From the NCBI RefSeq assembly GCF_035084215.1, contig NC_090370.1:3410001-3474000 (forward strand): a stretch of DNA of 64,000 nucleotides, given 5' to 3'. The translations under genes were made by a program, and so were the position numbers. Positions within the stretch are counted from its first letter, which is position 1, and every line of letters starts with the position of its first letter. A model generated the notes under the pieces. The model did no database searches, was not told the DNA's origin, and worked only from the letters and a program-made list of their open reading frames with translations. The stretch is from Heptranchias perlo. Its lineage: Eukaryota. This document shows, piece after piece, positions 10,074-25,000 of the stretch.

Positions 10074-13000
10074 GTAAGGAAGACGTATAAAAAAAAATTC
10101 TTCCGTAACTCTGCAAAAGGTTTTCTTCCTGGTTTCGGGTAAAACGGAATGAACTTGTTTCCGCGTGTTTTTTCCATTACATATTTAAATTGACTTGAAA
10201 CGTATTTTATTATTACATATTAACCCCTTTTTGTTGCCCCTGTGTTGTAATATAAAGTATCAGAAATGTTTAAAATGAACATTGGGTAAGAAAGTCCCAG
10301 GTTCACTCCCCAGTTTGTGCTGAGTTCGCTGATCTCAGCCACAGTGACAGAAGCGACGCTTTTTGGTCTTAATCTCATGGGCTTGGAAGGTGGGATAATC
10401 TGCCAAGATTCTTGCTTCTGATTTCTATCCAGTGCCCCCATGTTGGAATTGCACTTGTGTGAGCATTAGATGTGGATAAGATTGGGCTTGACTGTGGTAC
10501 CCCCTATAGTCGAATAGCAGCATTCACAGTCTGGTTCTGATGAAGGGTCCACGCCTGAAACAAAAACAGAATTCTGGAAAGACTCAGCAGGTCAGGTGGC
10601 ATTTGTGAAGAGAGGAAGGTAGGGTCAATGTTTCAGGTCTACGACCCTTCGTTAGAACTGGAAGGAAGGTGTTACAGAAGAACGGTTTATAAGGAGGAAC
10701 AGCCAGGGAAAAGGGAGTGGGGGAGAAAAAGAATGGTCTGTGATTAGATGGAGCACAGGAGATGATTAAATGACAAATGTAATACAAAAGAAGGTAATTA
10801 GAGAAATAAAAGATATACCCATGACCCAGAGGATGTGTGAATGATTACAACAGAATAGCAGAGGGGGAGGGAAGCTTGGAAAATTTGGCAAAAGCTCCAG
10901 TAGCCCAGGAGTGTGGTGAAAGAAAAGGGCAAGCAGACCCAAGGGCTGTCGACCTCCCCACTGGCCAAGTACTATTAATTCCACAGATGCTGCCTGGCCT
11001 GAGTGTTTCCAGTATTTTCTTTTATTTTGTTTCAGATTTCCAGCATCTGCAGTTTGTTTTGCTTTTTGTTAGCCCTTAGTCCAGCCTTGTGAAACATGGC
11101 CATTTGGGGGAGGTACTAGAAGGGTGATTGATGTAACAAACGTGAACACAAAACACCATTTTGTATCTGAGTATTAGGTATTATCATGTATCTTCTACCA
11201 CATAAAGCCTGCTGTTAATTAGTACAACACATAGGGCTTTTTGGGCCTTCAAGTGTATGCTACTCAATGTTTTGTGGCCCAATCACTTAAATATAGTAAT
11301 TTGTAAACTTCCATTTGCCAATATTGACACAGCCAGACTGTAACTAATTTAGACCACTATATATGAAATGTGGGAACTACAGAATATTATTTAATGGGAA
11401 GTCTTTACTGATGCAAGAAAGTTCTGCATGCTGATGTCTGTTGTGATTTAGGTCATGTCAGAACCCTTCAATTTAATTACTGACCTATATCATTGACAAC
11501 TGTAACTGCTACATGTATGAATTTACCATACCCATCCTCCTGATTAGAATGTCTCACAGCTACCAAGTTAGATGATTGTCAACGGTTCAGATTTTAAGGG
11601 CTAAACTGAAATCAATTACAAAATTATTGAAAGGAACAGCTGAAATGAGTCATGGAAAGAACTGAATTTAAATCAGTGTTTCAACCATAAAAGTACTGAA
11701 ATGCAATGTCAACCATGTAACTTCTATGATAACACACCAGGCTTGCTGCCTTTTACACAGCATTTCAGAATAGGGTAGTTCTGCACAGGTTCTGTATGCT
11801 AAATACCATCTCTTGAAGTTTCACAGCTGGTTTGTGACACATTCTGAACAGTGAAAATGGTAACAATACTGTCAGCTGTTCTAATCTATGTTGTTCTTTG
11901 TAGGCTGGCAGCAGGAGGGGAAAAAATGACCGTGAAAAGCTGCTGGTTTACTGCTAAAAACCCAAGTAGCTCACGGCTGCCCGACAGGGAAGGGAACCTG
12001 CCTGGTCTGGCCTACACGTGACTCCAGTCCCACACTATGTGGTTGATTAATGCTCACTAAAGTGGTTTAAACCACTCAGTTGTAAAAAAAACACAAGCCA
12101 GGATAAGGGATGGGTAATAAATGCAGCCATGACAGCATCTCCCTCATCCTGACAACAAAAATCTATTGTCACTAGGATTTTGGTGCAGTGTAATGGTGAG
12201 TGTGGGAAATTTTGAAAGTGTTCACCTGAACAGTTTAAAAATACCCAACCATACAACTTTTTTTTCCCTCCCAAACCTGGGTTGTGACTGGCGAGCACAC
12301 TTTGAGCTGAATAGCCATGGTGAAATACTGGTGGTTACACATCTGTCACTGGTGATAGAAGGGGTGGGTACAATTTAAAAATGAATTTGGTATCGCACAA
12401 GAAGCCAATTACTTAACATGAAAGTGTATTAGTTTAAGTGCAAGTTTCCATGTAGTGTATTGGTACCAATATGCTAAATAAATTAGTGACACCATTGACT
12501 AATTGTACAATATGTTTCTTGGAAAAGTATGTCCTGGCCTGAATGGCTCAGTACCACACTGGGGCCGGATCTTTACTCTCTCTCTTTGTGTCAACAGTCC
12601 ATAAGAACTATTTCCAGAATCGAGAATTCTCCTTCACCCTGAAAGATGACATCTATGTACGTTACCAGTCCTTTAACAATCAGAATGAACTGGAGAAAGA
12701 GATGCAGAAAATGGTCCCTTACAAGATTGACATTGGAGCTGTCTACTCACACAAGGTAACTGTTGTGCAAGTACCTCAAATGACTCCAATCTCATAAACT
12801 GAGTACAAAACTACCTTCACATGTATAAATTTAAAAATCATAATTGTCATGTCCCAGGCATCAGTGTTCATTTGCTGCTAGTTGATCACCCATGGTGTTG
12901 TAAACAGAGTGAAGTGTTCCGGGTTAGTGGGCAGGAAATAATTGGACCAGGATGTGCAGGTGTAATTTAGTCCCCATTTTAAAGCCATACATTCGGTCCT

Positions 13001-16000
13001 TATCATACCTATAGTTAAATGGCAAAACCTGAGGCAATTTGGGAATTCGGGATGATTGGAGCTACAGCATCACCACTGACAGGAAGATGTAATTACAGCC
13101 CGACAAGATACATAGGCAGATTTCCATTATAAATGTGGACATGGGAATTTGTAATGAAAAAGTTGACACAAAAATGTAACAACAGGAAGTAAGATTTTGT
13201 AGACAAGAATTGTGTGCAGACATAATATTTGCATTACTAGTTGATGCCCTATGACAGTGGGCATGGTAAGTCACTTGTCTGCCTCTGGTGTCTTTGTTAC
13301 TTGATCTCGCTCACTTTTCTCTCCATAATCTCCCTTTTTTTTTCTCTCATCTCTCTTTGCCCCTCTCTTTTTCACGTTTATAGAACATGAAACAAAAGCT
13401 ATCCCAACAACATTTAAAAAAAAAAAACTATACATTTTACCTCAGCAAAGCTTTTGAAATTTGACCTCTTGTTTTTCAAAATTATTTGAGTTACTGGGCA
13501 GAAGGTGCTAGGCGATAAAGGAAAATATCCCATCAATTATACATCCTGGGAATTTATCTACATTCCACATGCTCGGACTCAAATCCATACACAGTCCCAG
13601 CCCTGGGCAAAAATATTTAGTCCACCCCTGAACTTTTGGGAGAGGCTGAGTCCTTCAAGTAAAAACTTCAATGAAGATATTAAAAGACACAAGATAATTC
13701 AATGGGTACATTTGATCATGCAGTGAAATGTCATTTTTATTCTTTGGTTTATGCCCTTCTTTTGGGTATTAGAAAATTTTGCCAGCAATTCATAACTCTT
13801 CAGTGTTTTTTCTTTTGTAGCCTAGCCAGCATAACTCTGTAAAGTCCGGAATCTTCCAGCCCGAAGCTAAAGAGCTGGTCTTTGATATTGATATGACCGA
13901 CTATGATGATGTCAGAACCTGCTGCAGGTATGTTAATGCTTTCGCACAAGCCCAGCGTTTTACAGCGCTAAACCCAGGATGCTTTTACAGTTAGCGATTC
14001 TGCAGATTGGATTGCTGGAGAACATTGTCCAGGCACTGACTCCCTGCTTTAACATTGCTAAAAGCAGCTCCCTTATCCCAACAGTAGTATTGAGACTGAG
14101 GATGCTGAAGCACCTTGTGTTTGGAGAGTGTAACATTGTTAACCGGAGTGCAGTGAAAAAATTACAGATGCCTCTTTTGTGCAAAGCAGGTATGTTCACC
14201 AAGGAACTTTGAGGCTCTCTGAGCTGTGTAATGTTAGTGACAGAAAGGGTTGCTATTGCATTTTCATTTACTCCACAGATCTAGCAGAAATTGGAGAAAG
14301 AAAAATGAATGTAATGAGAATTGTTTTAAAGATGTGGACACAGCCTTTGTCTCTCAGTAATCTGGAACTGTTGGAAAACTGACTAGGTAGTTATTCATAT
14401 ATTTAGTAAAATGGAACCTAAAATCCCATTAATGGGAGATTTTAGATCAGATTAGATTCATCACTGGCTAACCTGTTATGGGTTGTAGTAGAAAAGTTTT
14501 ACTTTTTTAAAAAAAAAGTCTTTTGTTAAAAGTTGAGGTTGATTTTTGAAGGGAGTGGCATGTATTAGATTGTCATGGTTCAACGTTCCTAATGTCTGCT
14601 GTAGATAACAACTCTAGCCTGTTGTGTTCATATTGACATAGAATGTCTTATTATGCTGAAAGATTGCAGTCAAGTTATTTTGTATTCTTCAGCTCTGCAG
14701 ACATTTGCCACAAGTGTTGGACACTCATGACCATTGCTATCAAGATTCTGGATAGAGCATTGGAAGGTAAAATTGCGTTGCATTTATTTTCTCTCCAGTA
14801 ATTCTGATTCTCAAGTTTTTCATCCGATTTTTCTCTCCCGAAGGCACTGACTCTTGGGTACAGTTTCATAGCTGCCTACAGCCTTTTGATGCTTGACCCA
14901 AGTGGCATTGTCCTTGAGTGAGTGTCAGCGGGCTAATGGACAGTGAACAGCATCACCCGTTCCAATGGGGCTCACTATGTAATGTTCAGGAATACGAGCC
15001 CTACCTGTTTTGGTTTCTGTATTATTCTTCTCTCTCCACCTGGAGCGTCCCCGTGCACTGAGAGCATTAATACCGGCATGTACCACTTGGGCCGTATGGC
15101 CTGTTTCTGTGCTGTAAATTCTATGTAATCAGCAACTTAACATGTGGCTCAAACCCATGTCCAATCATTTTGTGGCACAATATACTATATTGCCCTTGAA
15201 ATTGGTGGGGGGGGGGGGAGGTGGTGAGAGTAAAATGAAACACTTTTTAAACTGCAATAGTATTATTGTAGTAATAGAAATCCAGTGGTATGTGTATTCT
15301 GATATTCATTGTCGCAGGTGCCCATGGATAAGTCGCACTCCTGCTATAACACCGTTTTTTTGTGTTCACAATACAGAGGACTTTGGGTTTCAGCATCGAC
15401 TCTGGGTGTATTCAGGCCGAAGAGGTGTCCATTGCTGGGTCTGTGATGAAAATGCACGAAAGCTTTCCCAGGCAGCTCGGTCTGCTGTTGCAGAATACCT
15501 GAGTGTGGTTAAGGTATGTATCTTATAACCGTGAGATTAATTGCCCTTTTAGAGAAAGCATAGCTTGTAACCATTCTATCCTCAGTTTATAATGCTAAAT
15601 GTGACTGGCTGTTTTACAGGGTGGAACAGATACAATCAAGAAAGTACATCTGACTCATCCCATTCATCCTTCTATTGAGTGAGTGCAGTAGAGTAAGAAA
15701 ATAGTTCTATCTATGGTTACGTGGAGAATATCAGATACCCGAGTGTGGTTATAAGGCACTAATCTCGTTTTGTGGATTAAGTGTAAAATTTGGCTCATTG
15801 GTAGCACTCTCGCCTCTGAGCCAGAAGGTCATGGGTTTAAGCCCCACTCCAGAGACCTGAGCACATAAGTGACCTGAGTCTTCCCCGGTGTCCTGGCCAA
15901 CATTTATCCCTCCACCAACATCACTAAAACAGATTATCTGGTCATTTATTTCATTGCTGTTTGTGGGAGCTTGCTGTGCGCAAATTGGCTGCTGCATTTC

Positions 16001-19000
16001 CTTGCATTACAACAGTGACAACACTTCAAAAGTAATTCCTTGGCTGTAAAGTGCTTTGGACATGCTGAGGTCGTGAAAGGTGCTACATAAATGCAAGTCT
16101 TTCTATGTGCAAATGTTTGAATGTATCCATCTGTAGCTGGATCCCTGTCTTGTAATCACAAGAGATGTGCGGTTGTATGAAGACAGGAACATTATACTAT
16201 TTAAAACACAATGTATTATTGTGCTACTAAAGTGTGTGTCCTTTTTTAAGATCAAAAAGTATAATTAATGAATAAACACTGGGTGAGTTCATTCAAAGGT
16301 TAAATATTCAAGGCTGGGTATCAGAACCCTATCTTTATGGGAAGGTCAACTATGAGACTGTAGATATTGTGGCTCCAGTGTTTTGTGTTCCTGGAGTTTT
16401 CTGTGCATTGTCATCATTATTACAATGTGTGATGGACCGAAGTGTGTGCATATGTAAAGCTTTTATATTATACAGTACTAGCAGATCTCCCATGACATTG
16501 CTCAATGAGTCAGAGGATATGCTGTGTAATGTGCAATATATTACGGTGATTTAAATAAGTGAAATTGCATTTTTATGACTGTGTTATAGGAGTGTTGGTT
16601 GTATTATTGGATTCATACTCTGATTATGTTTGTATTTTTGTAGAAATTCTAAATCAGTTGATTATTGAGATTGTTTAGCTACGTACTGAATTTATGTCTG
16701 GGCTTTTTAAAAGCCCAGATCTAAGCACGTAATTGTCTGCTTGTGTGTTGCAGAGGTGGTTTGAAGAGTGGAGTGGGAATGATTACTGCTTCAGCCCAAT
16801 TGCTAACCATTGCTTTTGATCCACCTGTAGGGAAGCTATCAACGTGATAAATAGGTACTTTAAAGACTATGCAGTGGATAAACAAGACATCTTTGGCAGT
16901 AAAGAAACCTGGCAGAAAGTCCTAGCTTTGGCCCCTGATGATATCCTTTCATTGGCATTAGCAATATTTGGTGACTCCATGGTTAACTTTTTAAAAATTC
17001 CTTTTTTGTGTTGATGTTGGCATTTAATCGCTGCAGCAATTTGCTTGCTGCAGTGTCTCTAAACATTGCTATCCTATCCTTGGGCCTGGTTTTCAAACCA
17101 GTCCAAGTGGGAAGACTGATTGACTTTTCTGTTTGGTATTTTCGTGAATGAAATGAGTCTGGCGATTAGAGTTCTCGTGGCCACGAGTAGCGATCCCAAC
17201 GGTGCTCTAGACTTCAGCATTAATTTGAGTAGACTTGATTGGAGTATTAATATGGCTAGAATATGAGGAATCTTCTAGCCAGTTCTGCCATGTGATTAAC
17301 GGTGGAAGAGTTTTGTGAGAGATGAGTTTAGGCAGCTTTACAATGACTTGCATTTATATAACGCCTTTTTTATTCATTCATAGGATGTGGGCATCGCTGG
17401 CAAGGCCAGTATTTATTGCCCATCCCTAATTGCCCCTTGAGAAGGTGGTGGTGAGCCACCGCCTTGAACCGCTGCAGTCTGTGTGGTGAAGGTTCTCCCA
17501 CAGTGCTGTTAGGAAGGGAGTTCCAGGATTTTGACCCAGCGACGATGAAGGAACGGCGATATATTTCCAAGTCAGGATGGTATGTGACTTGGAGGGGAAC
17601 GTGCAGGTGGTGTTGTTCCCATGTGCCTGCTGCCCTTGTCCTTCTAGGTGGTAGAGGTCGCGGGTTTGGGAGGTGCTGTCGAAGAAGCCTTGGTGAGTTG
17701 CTGCAGTGCATCCTGTGGATGGTACACACTGCAGCCACGGTGCGCCGGTGGTGGAGGGAGTGGATGTAGTAATGGGGTACCGCAGGGATCAGTGCTTGGG
17801 TCCCAGCTATTCACAATATATATCAATGATTTGGATGAGGGAACTAAATATAACATTTCCAAGTTTGCAGACGACATAAAGCTGGGGTGGAATGTGAGCT
17901 GTGAGGAGGATGCAAAGATGCTCCAATGTGATTTAGACAAGTTGGATGAGTGGGCAAGAACATGGGATGCAGTATAACGTGGATAAATGTGAGGTTATCC
18001 ACTTTGGCTGTAAAAACAGAAAAGCAGATATTATCTGGTGATAGATTGGGAAATGGGGAGGTGCAACGAGACCTGGGTGTCCTCGTACACCAGTCACTGA
18101 AAGCGAGCATTCAGGTGCAGCAAGCAGTTAGGAAGGCGAATGGTATGTTGGCCTTCATTGCAAGAGGATTTGAGTACAGGAGCAGGGATGTCTTACTGCT
18201 GTTGTACAGGGCCTTGGTGAGACAACATCTGGAGTACTGTGTGCAGTTTTGGTCTCCTTATCTGAGGAAGGATGTCCTTGCCATGGAAGGGAGTGCAACG
18301 AAGGTTTACCAGACTGATTCCTGGGATGGCAGGACTGACGTATGAGGAGAGATTGGGTCGACTAGGCCTACATTCACTCGAGTTTAGAAGAATGAGAGGT
18401 GATCTCATCGAAACATATAAAATTCTAACAGGACTAGATGCAGGGAGGATATTCCCAACGGCTGGGGAGTCCAGAACGAGGGGTCTCAGGATATGGGGTA
18501 TGCCATTTAGAATCGAGACGAGGAGAAATTTCTTCACTGAGGGTGGTGAACCTGTGGAATTCTCTACCACAGAAGGCAGTGGAGGCCAAGTCATTAGATG
18601 TATTCAAGAAGGAGATAGATATATTTCTTAATGCTAAAGGGATCAAAGGATATAGGGAAAAAGCGGGAACAGGGTACTGAGTTAGACAATCAGCCATGAT
18701 CATTTTGAATGGCGGAGCAGGCCCAAAGGGCTGAATGGCCTACTCTTGCTCCTATTTTCTATGTTTCTATGTTAAAACGTCCCAAAGCACTTCACAGGAG
18801 CGTTATCAAACAAAATTTGACACTGAGCCACATGAGATATTAGGAGAGGTGACCAAAATCTTGATCAAAGAGGTAGGTTTTAAGGAGCGTCTTAAAGGAG
18901 GAGAGAGAGGCAGAGAGTTTTGGGGAGGGAATTCCAGAGCTTTAGGGCTTAGACAGCTGAAGGCACGGCCACCAACGGTGGAGCAATTAAAATCAGGGAT

Positions 19001-22000
19001 GCGCAAGCGACAAGAATTGGAGGAACGCAGAGATCTCTGGTTGTAGGGCTGAAGGAGGTTAGAGATAGGGAGGGGCGAGGCCATGGAGGGATTTGAAAAC
19101 AAGGATAGTCCAGTTCTTGGTGGGTCTGAGCCCACAAGTAAAAAGAAAATTGCCCTAATCGCAAGTCTTGCTCTGATGGCTAGTGAGAAATGCCCTACTG
19201 TTACAGTAGGGGGTGCTTGTTTGAAGTTGGGGATTAAGACATATTTTGGGTCAGATTTGCTCTATATGCAATGCCTGCTTGCTGTTGCAAAAATGTGAGG
19301 AAGTATCCCATTTCACCGCAGGAACATTCTTCATCTCGACCACAAAAATTCACATTCTGACTGTGTTGCTAGGTTAGAAAAAAAACTCCCTAAATTCATT
19401 AGTGTGTGTTTTTTTTGAAGTCCCTTTTTTGTCTGTCTTTCAAAATATGATTGCACTCTTTCAATACTACACCACATTCTCCCCAGCCAAGAGGTTATGG
19501 GTGTGAGAGTGGAGGGAGGTGACTTGGGTATTTTTGCTAACCCCACCCTGCCCGTGGAGATATTCCCAGCTCCCAATCAAAGATTGTTTCATGATTTTTT
19601 TTCAAGTTGTTTACTCACTCAACTGGTAGGTTATATTCCTGACTCTATTCTTCCATCTCCTGGGAACTTTTTGTTTGTGTGGGATCGATAGTGTAGTGGT
19701 TATGTTACTGGGCTAGTAATCCAGTGGTAAATGAGTTCAAATCCCACCATGGCAACAAAATCTGGAAATAAAAAGCTGGTGTCAGTAAAAGTGACCATGA
19801 AGCTGTTAGTTTGTCTTAAAAGCCCAACTGATTCGCTTTAGGGAACCTGCCGTCCTTACCCAGTCTGGCAGTGACTCCAGTCCCACACCAACATGGTTAA
19901 CTCTTAACTGCCACTCAGTTGTATCAAGCTGCTACGGGCGATTAGGATGGGCGATAAATGCTGGCCCTGCCAACGACACCCATATCCCGAGAATGAATTG
20001 AATTTGTTTTTAAACTCTGCTTACTGTAAATTGGACCCTTGTTGCAATAACCCAATAAGTATTTAGACGGCACGCAGGTGCCCAATGGTGTGACTTATTA
20101 CACTACAAAATCTGGTGTATAAGTGTAACAGACTTATGCTGGGACATGTTGACCCAGTTATTTACAGCAGAGGCTACACAACAACTTCTTAGATTAGTAT
20201 TACACAAATGTTCAATATTGCAAAGGAGCAGAATGTTAAGTTCCTTACAAGAGTTGGTCTAGTCGTAAGATTTGTTTCTTTCCTTTAAGCTTCCACTTCT
20301 TCGGTTAAAATGTGTTGAGATATTTTCATGAGACAATGCAGTATCTTCTTTAACAACCATGCACAGTTTCGAGAGGGATTGCAAATAGATTTTGTTAAAG
20401 CGCGAAATTCAGCCCAGCGTTGGGAATTGTTGCATCGCACTGTAAGTGGTCACGTTCTATTAGATAATCCGATACCTGAGAGCGATTACAAAGAACAGTG
20501 CGATTGAGGAAATCGGATGACTATATAAACTGTTGCGTTTAAAGGGTGGGAGGAATGAAGTGTGGAACATAAACACCAGCATGGACCAGTTGGGCCGAAT
20601 GGCCTGTTTCTGTGCTGTACATTCTATGTAAACCTCAAGTGGTTTATAATCATGAAATGTTTTCCACTTTCTCCTCTGAAAGCACTGCCTTGCTGGAGTA
20701 AAGTTCCACAGGTATTGGAAGCCTTGGGTTCCTCGCCCAAATCATCATTCGTGTGTATGCCAAAACAGTGAGCTCATTCTGTCCTCACCTAACATCCACA
20801 CACCCTTCCAGAGGGGATCGCTGTATTGATACTTTCTCTCGGCACTCCTGGGCAAAAGGGATGGAGAGACCAATTACAGCACGTTGCCTGAGATTAGTTA
20901 ACTCGGCACAGACTCGCGATTGAATCTAGGACATTCTGGTCTTACTCCCACACCATATAGTGCATTTACCCACGAAGCTATCGGGAGACCTATTCTATTA
21001 ATCCTGACTGCTTTATTCAAGCAGTCACAGCTGTCGATACAGATGCTAACAGCCAGAGCATGTTATCGTGCTGTCAATGCATTATGCGTTCGGAACAGAG
21101 AATTCCTGATTGCTTTAAGTTAATTGAGGAGTAATTTACAGTTGATTGAGCATGATCTGTATGATGGGCTTTATTTATCCTGCTCTATCATTTTTAATCC
21201 ATCACTGAGGAAGACCATAGAAATTCTGAGTAAGTTACAAGGAATTGGTTCTGATTAACCTTTGAGCATTGTATTGATACCATGATTTTGGAGTTTCTGC
21301 ATATATGAATGTCAGATGAGGACTGGATGAGACTCATCTATGTTATGTCCCATCCCATCCCCCCTCTGGTCTAGGCTCACACGTAAAGAATGGCCACTTG
21401 GGTGAGCCACTGGAGGACTGCCCATATCCGTGGTAACCGTACCCCAGTATAAATCAGCGCCTTACAGAGAGGAGTGGAAAGCTGGGGGAGGGGGGGATAC
21501 GGAATGTAGCGTGCTCTCGTACTCTTCATAGTCACGTAGTGGGTTTTATCTCTGGTGTTTGGCCAACACGTTTATAAATTTTCTAGGTTGGTTATTACGG
21601 CTCTAAGTAAAAATGTTGGGTTTTCTTTGTCACAAATGGCTGATATTTAGCTGCATGACTGAATACATGACTATTTTAAATCTTGGCCTGCTGGTGTTAT
21701 AGCTTTACGAGCTGCTTATGTTTGTAAATTGTAATTCATCAAATGGTTTTCCACAGTTAACCAAAAATATGAATACCTACCATTTAAAAGAGATAATGCT
21801 GCAGTACTGCTATCCTCGTCTGGATGTGAACGTCAGTAAAGGTGTCAACCACCTGCTGAAAAGCCCATTTTCTGTCCATCCCAAAACAGGTAATGTGTTT
21901 GTACGTTTGTATTTGTGTCTTTTATTTCCTTCCCTCAAAAGTTGACGGTGCTTTGCACCATCCCAGGTTGACAGGTAGTTAGACATAATTCTAGGGCTAC

Positions 22001-25000
22001 GCCAGTGCTACTTTGCAACTGAGGTGCACAAGTGGATTGTTTGTTTTAATCCTCCCTTGCTCTGGTGGAGTGTCTGTCTGGTCTCTTAGATACCTCCTCC
22101 TTAGTCACCCGACCCCCCCCCCCCCGGCCCCATGCACAGCTGAGGTTGATAACTTGTCATATGTCTTTATGTCTCCAGGCCATAAGTTCTTTGTTTCGGC
22201 TTCTGAATAAGTCCATGCGAAAGTATTGGATATTATCTTTCTTTAATTTATAGCTTTTTGTGTTCAAAGTGAGGTTTGTCAGCCCTGGATAATGAAACAT
22301 TTGCTACTTTTATCACCCAGTATCAGGTACTCCAAGGCCTGGTATTGTACAGGTGAGATCTGGAGTTAAATAAAGCTCCCTCTACTATGCCTCAATAATG
22401 TGCCTTAGTGCCAACCTGGAGTGTCCTCTACGGCCACCGTTGTCACATTTTTCCATACTTTTCACCCTTGCAGCCTCTGATCTGATTTCTGCCATTATTG
22501 GCTGTTTTGTGCTGTCGACTCATAGGCACTAGGATTTGGTTTCAGACGATCCCAAATTCATCTTGCGAGGTCCCTTTGCAACTAGAAAAGAGAAGACTTT
22601 TATCCAGTTGTGCTTAGATTTGAACTCCAGGCCTTGCAGATGAAATGACAATGTACTAAAGCTATTTCATCAGCCCCATTTTTAATATTAAAGACTGTGT
22701 ATATATAAAAAAAAAATCTGTCACTAATGTTTTGTAGTGGCAGCATGTCATTTCTATTGAGTGCCACTGGTCAGTTTTTGAAAGTTTTCTGCGTGCAAGT
22801 ATTCTGCTTATCATTTCTGTTGCTGTTTCAGGACGCATTTCAGTGCCTATGGATGTGAAGACTTTAGATAAGTTTGATCCCTTTAGTGTGCCTACAATAA
22901 GGTAGGAAGGACATTGGCATCGAGTTATTTTTACATATTCAAAAAGCAACTTAACTGATTTTTACTGTGTTAGTGCTTTGTGTAAATACACTGGTATATG
23001 TAGTCGTAACCAAGATTCTTTAAAGTTTAGGCAAGGTACAGGATGTAGCTCCACAGGATGACTTTGCAACATGTGTGTGTCCAGGCAATTGTGAATGTAA
23101 ATTAGTGACCTCAGACTGTGGGTTCTATAGAATGTCAATGTTGATCCCAAAATATTAAGTGAATTTCCATTTAACCCTAACCTGTTTTCTTGCACTACAG
23201 TGCCACCTACTGGCTAACCTCACACCATGTTGGCACAGCCTGTGTTTGAACTTCATATTCTGAATAGGTTTTCCTACTTAGTAAAGTGCATTTTGAGCAA
23301 ATATTGAGAAATGCAAGACAAAAAAAGGGTGTGCTTTTTGTTTTAGTATCTGCAGTCGTCGGTAAGTATCATCGGGCTAGTTCACGGGAAGCGGTGGAGG
23401 GAGCATTACAGCCAAGCCTGACCCAGTCCTTGTCTGGCATCCATACCGCACACTTCTAGCAGGTGTTGTTGGATGGGGATTCGAATATGTTTACTTGTGT
23501 TTGCTTTTTTCTTCTCTTCCCTTGTCATGAATGCTGAGGCTAATTTGCAGTACCACCTCCCTCTGCACAACCTGGCTTAGTGCAGAGAACTTCCTACTAT
23601 TAAAGCACTCGTTCTAAGCCTAGTTTCCATTGATTGAAATTGCATCTTGCATTACTATCAATTGGATCTTGCTAGCCACACCTGTAGCCATTGTTTATTC
23701 AAGCATGATTTGCTGATGTGGCAGATATTTTTTACCTGTGATTATCATGCCGCAGTCCAAGTAGAGTATGTTGACGCTCCAACGTGCCAAGTAACTGGAG
23801 TTGAAGGATGTGGGTTTATTGACCTAATAACTTGCAAAGTGACTTCCCAATCTGAGTTGTGTTGGGGAGGTGCTATAACTGGCTGCAGTGCTGTTGGTTT
23901 AGGGAAGGGAAAATCACCCAGGGTTCCTGCTCCAGATTGCTGTCCAGCAAGCCCTGCTGGAAGAGCACCTTGTGTGGATGTTGGGTAAGGACAGGGTCGA
24001 GCTCAGCCATGATGGTCCATGTGGTTGAAAAGCCAGCAAAACCCATTATCAGTGCTCACACGTGAATAATAGGTCAGTTGGGCAAAGTACGAGAAGATGA
24101 CCATAGTCCAACAAGGAGTCAATACCTTTGGGAGAAATCCGGGTTGGCATTTCCTATTGGGAGGGGGAAAACCCACTTGGTTTCTGCCCAATTGCAATAC
24201 AGTAACCCCACCCCCTCTGGAAGCGTGGCATGTTTGGATGCTGGGTGAGGACTGAGTGCAATGCTGTCATTATGTCATTCACCGTCAGATAGTGTGCAGG
24301 CACAATCTGTCTAAACTCACGAGTAATGGGGATTCGGTATTCAAGGGCATCTGCCACCCGTGTAAACTTACCCCAACAAGACTACGATATCTTCCAGAGA
24401 AGAGGATTAGGAAAATTGAGGGAAAGTAAATACTGCTGTAGTTTACAGCAGGATGATCCCTAATGCAGTGTGTTCTTTCAGTTCTCTTTGCCAGGAACTT
24501 GATAAGAAAACTGAGGCAGAGCAGGAGAATACAAGCACTGAGAATGGTGAGGAACCAGAGATGAAGCGTCGCACCAGAGGTAGAGCCTTTATTCTGATTT
24601 GTACACCAGATAGTGACTTTTCCTGTGGGGGAGCAATTCTTAGTAATGCTGCAGGTCCAATATATCTTCAGATCACATCTCCTAAAACCAGTAATCATCC
24701 TCTTTCCCTCTTCCCCCATGTATTTTTGTCATCTTCCTCCCCTGAAGGTCTTGACTTCTGCTGGGGTCTGGCTCCAAGGGCACTGGTTGCCCTCTGGTAT
24801 ATCACCAAAGTGACCTGCAGATGTCAATGGATAGAGGTCAGAGCAGTACCTTGGCTGTGTTTTAAAATTTGTTTCCATTCCTGGCCCAGGAGCACAGGCT
24901 AATTTTGTAGGCCCTCATCCCACACAGGCTAACTCATAGACCTGAGATTGAACCTATAGGCTTTCCTGGTCTTATAGCTCAATATTACACCAAGTAGTGT

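Larger units (their letters stand above)
16941..20364 (+). other. U12-type (minor spliceosome) AT-AC intron 7 of PRIM1
   Basis: 5' site ATATCCTTT; branch site TTCTTTAAC at 20346-20354; terminal AC at 20363-20364; the join keeps the PRIM1 frame. Confidence 0.92.

Noticed and set aside
19686-19750. tRNA-like A and B boxes here and at 15791
   Set aside because: They are SINE heads and do not fold as a complete cloverleaf
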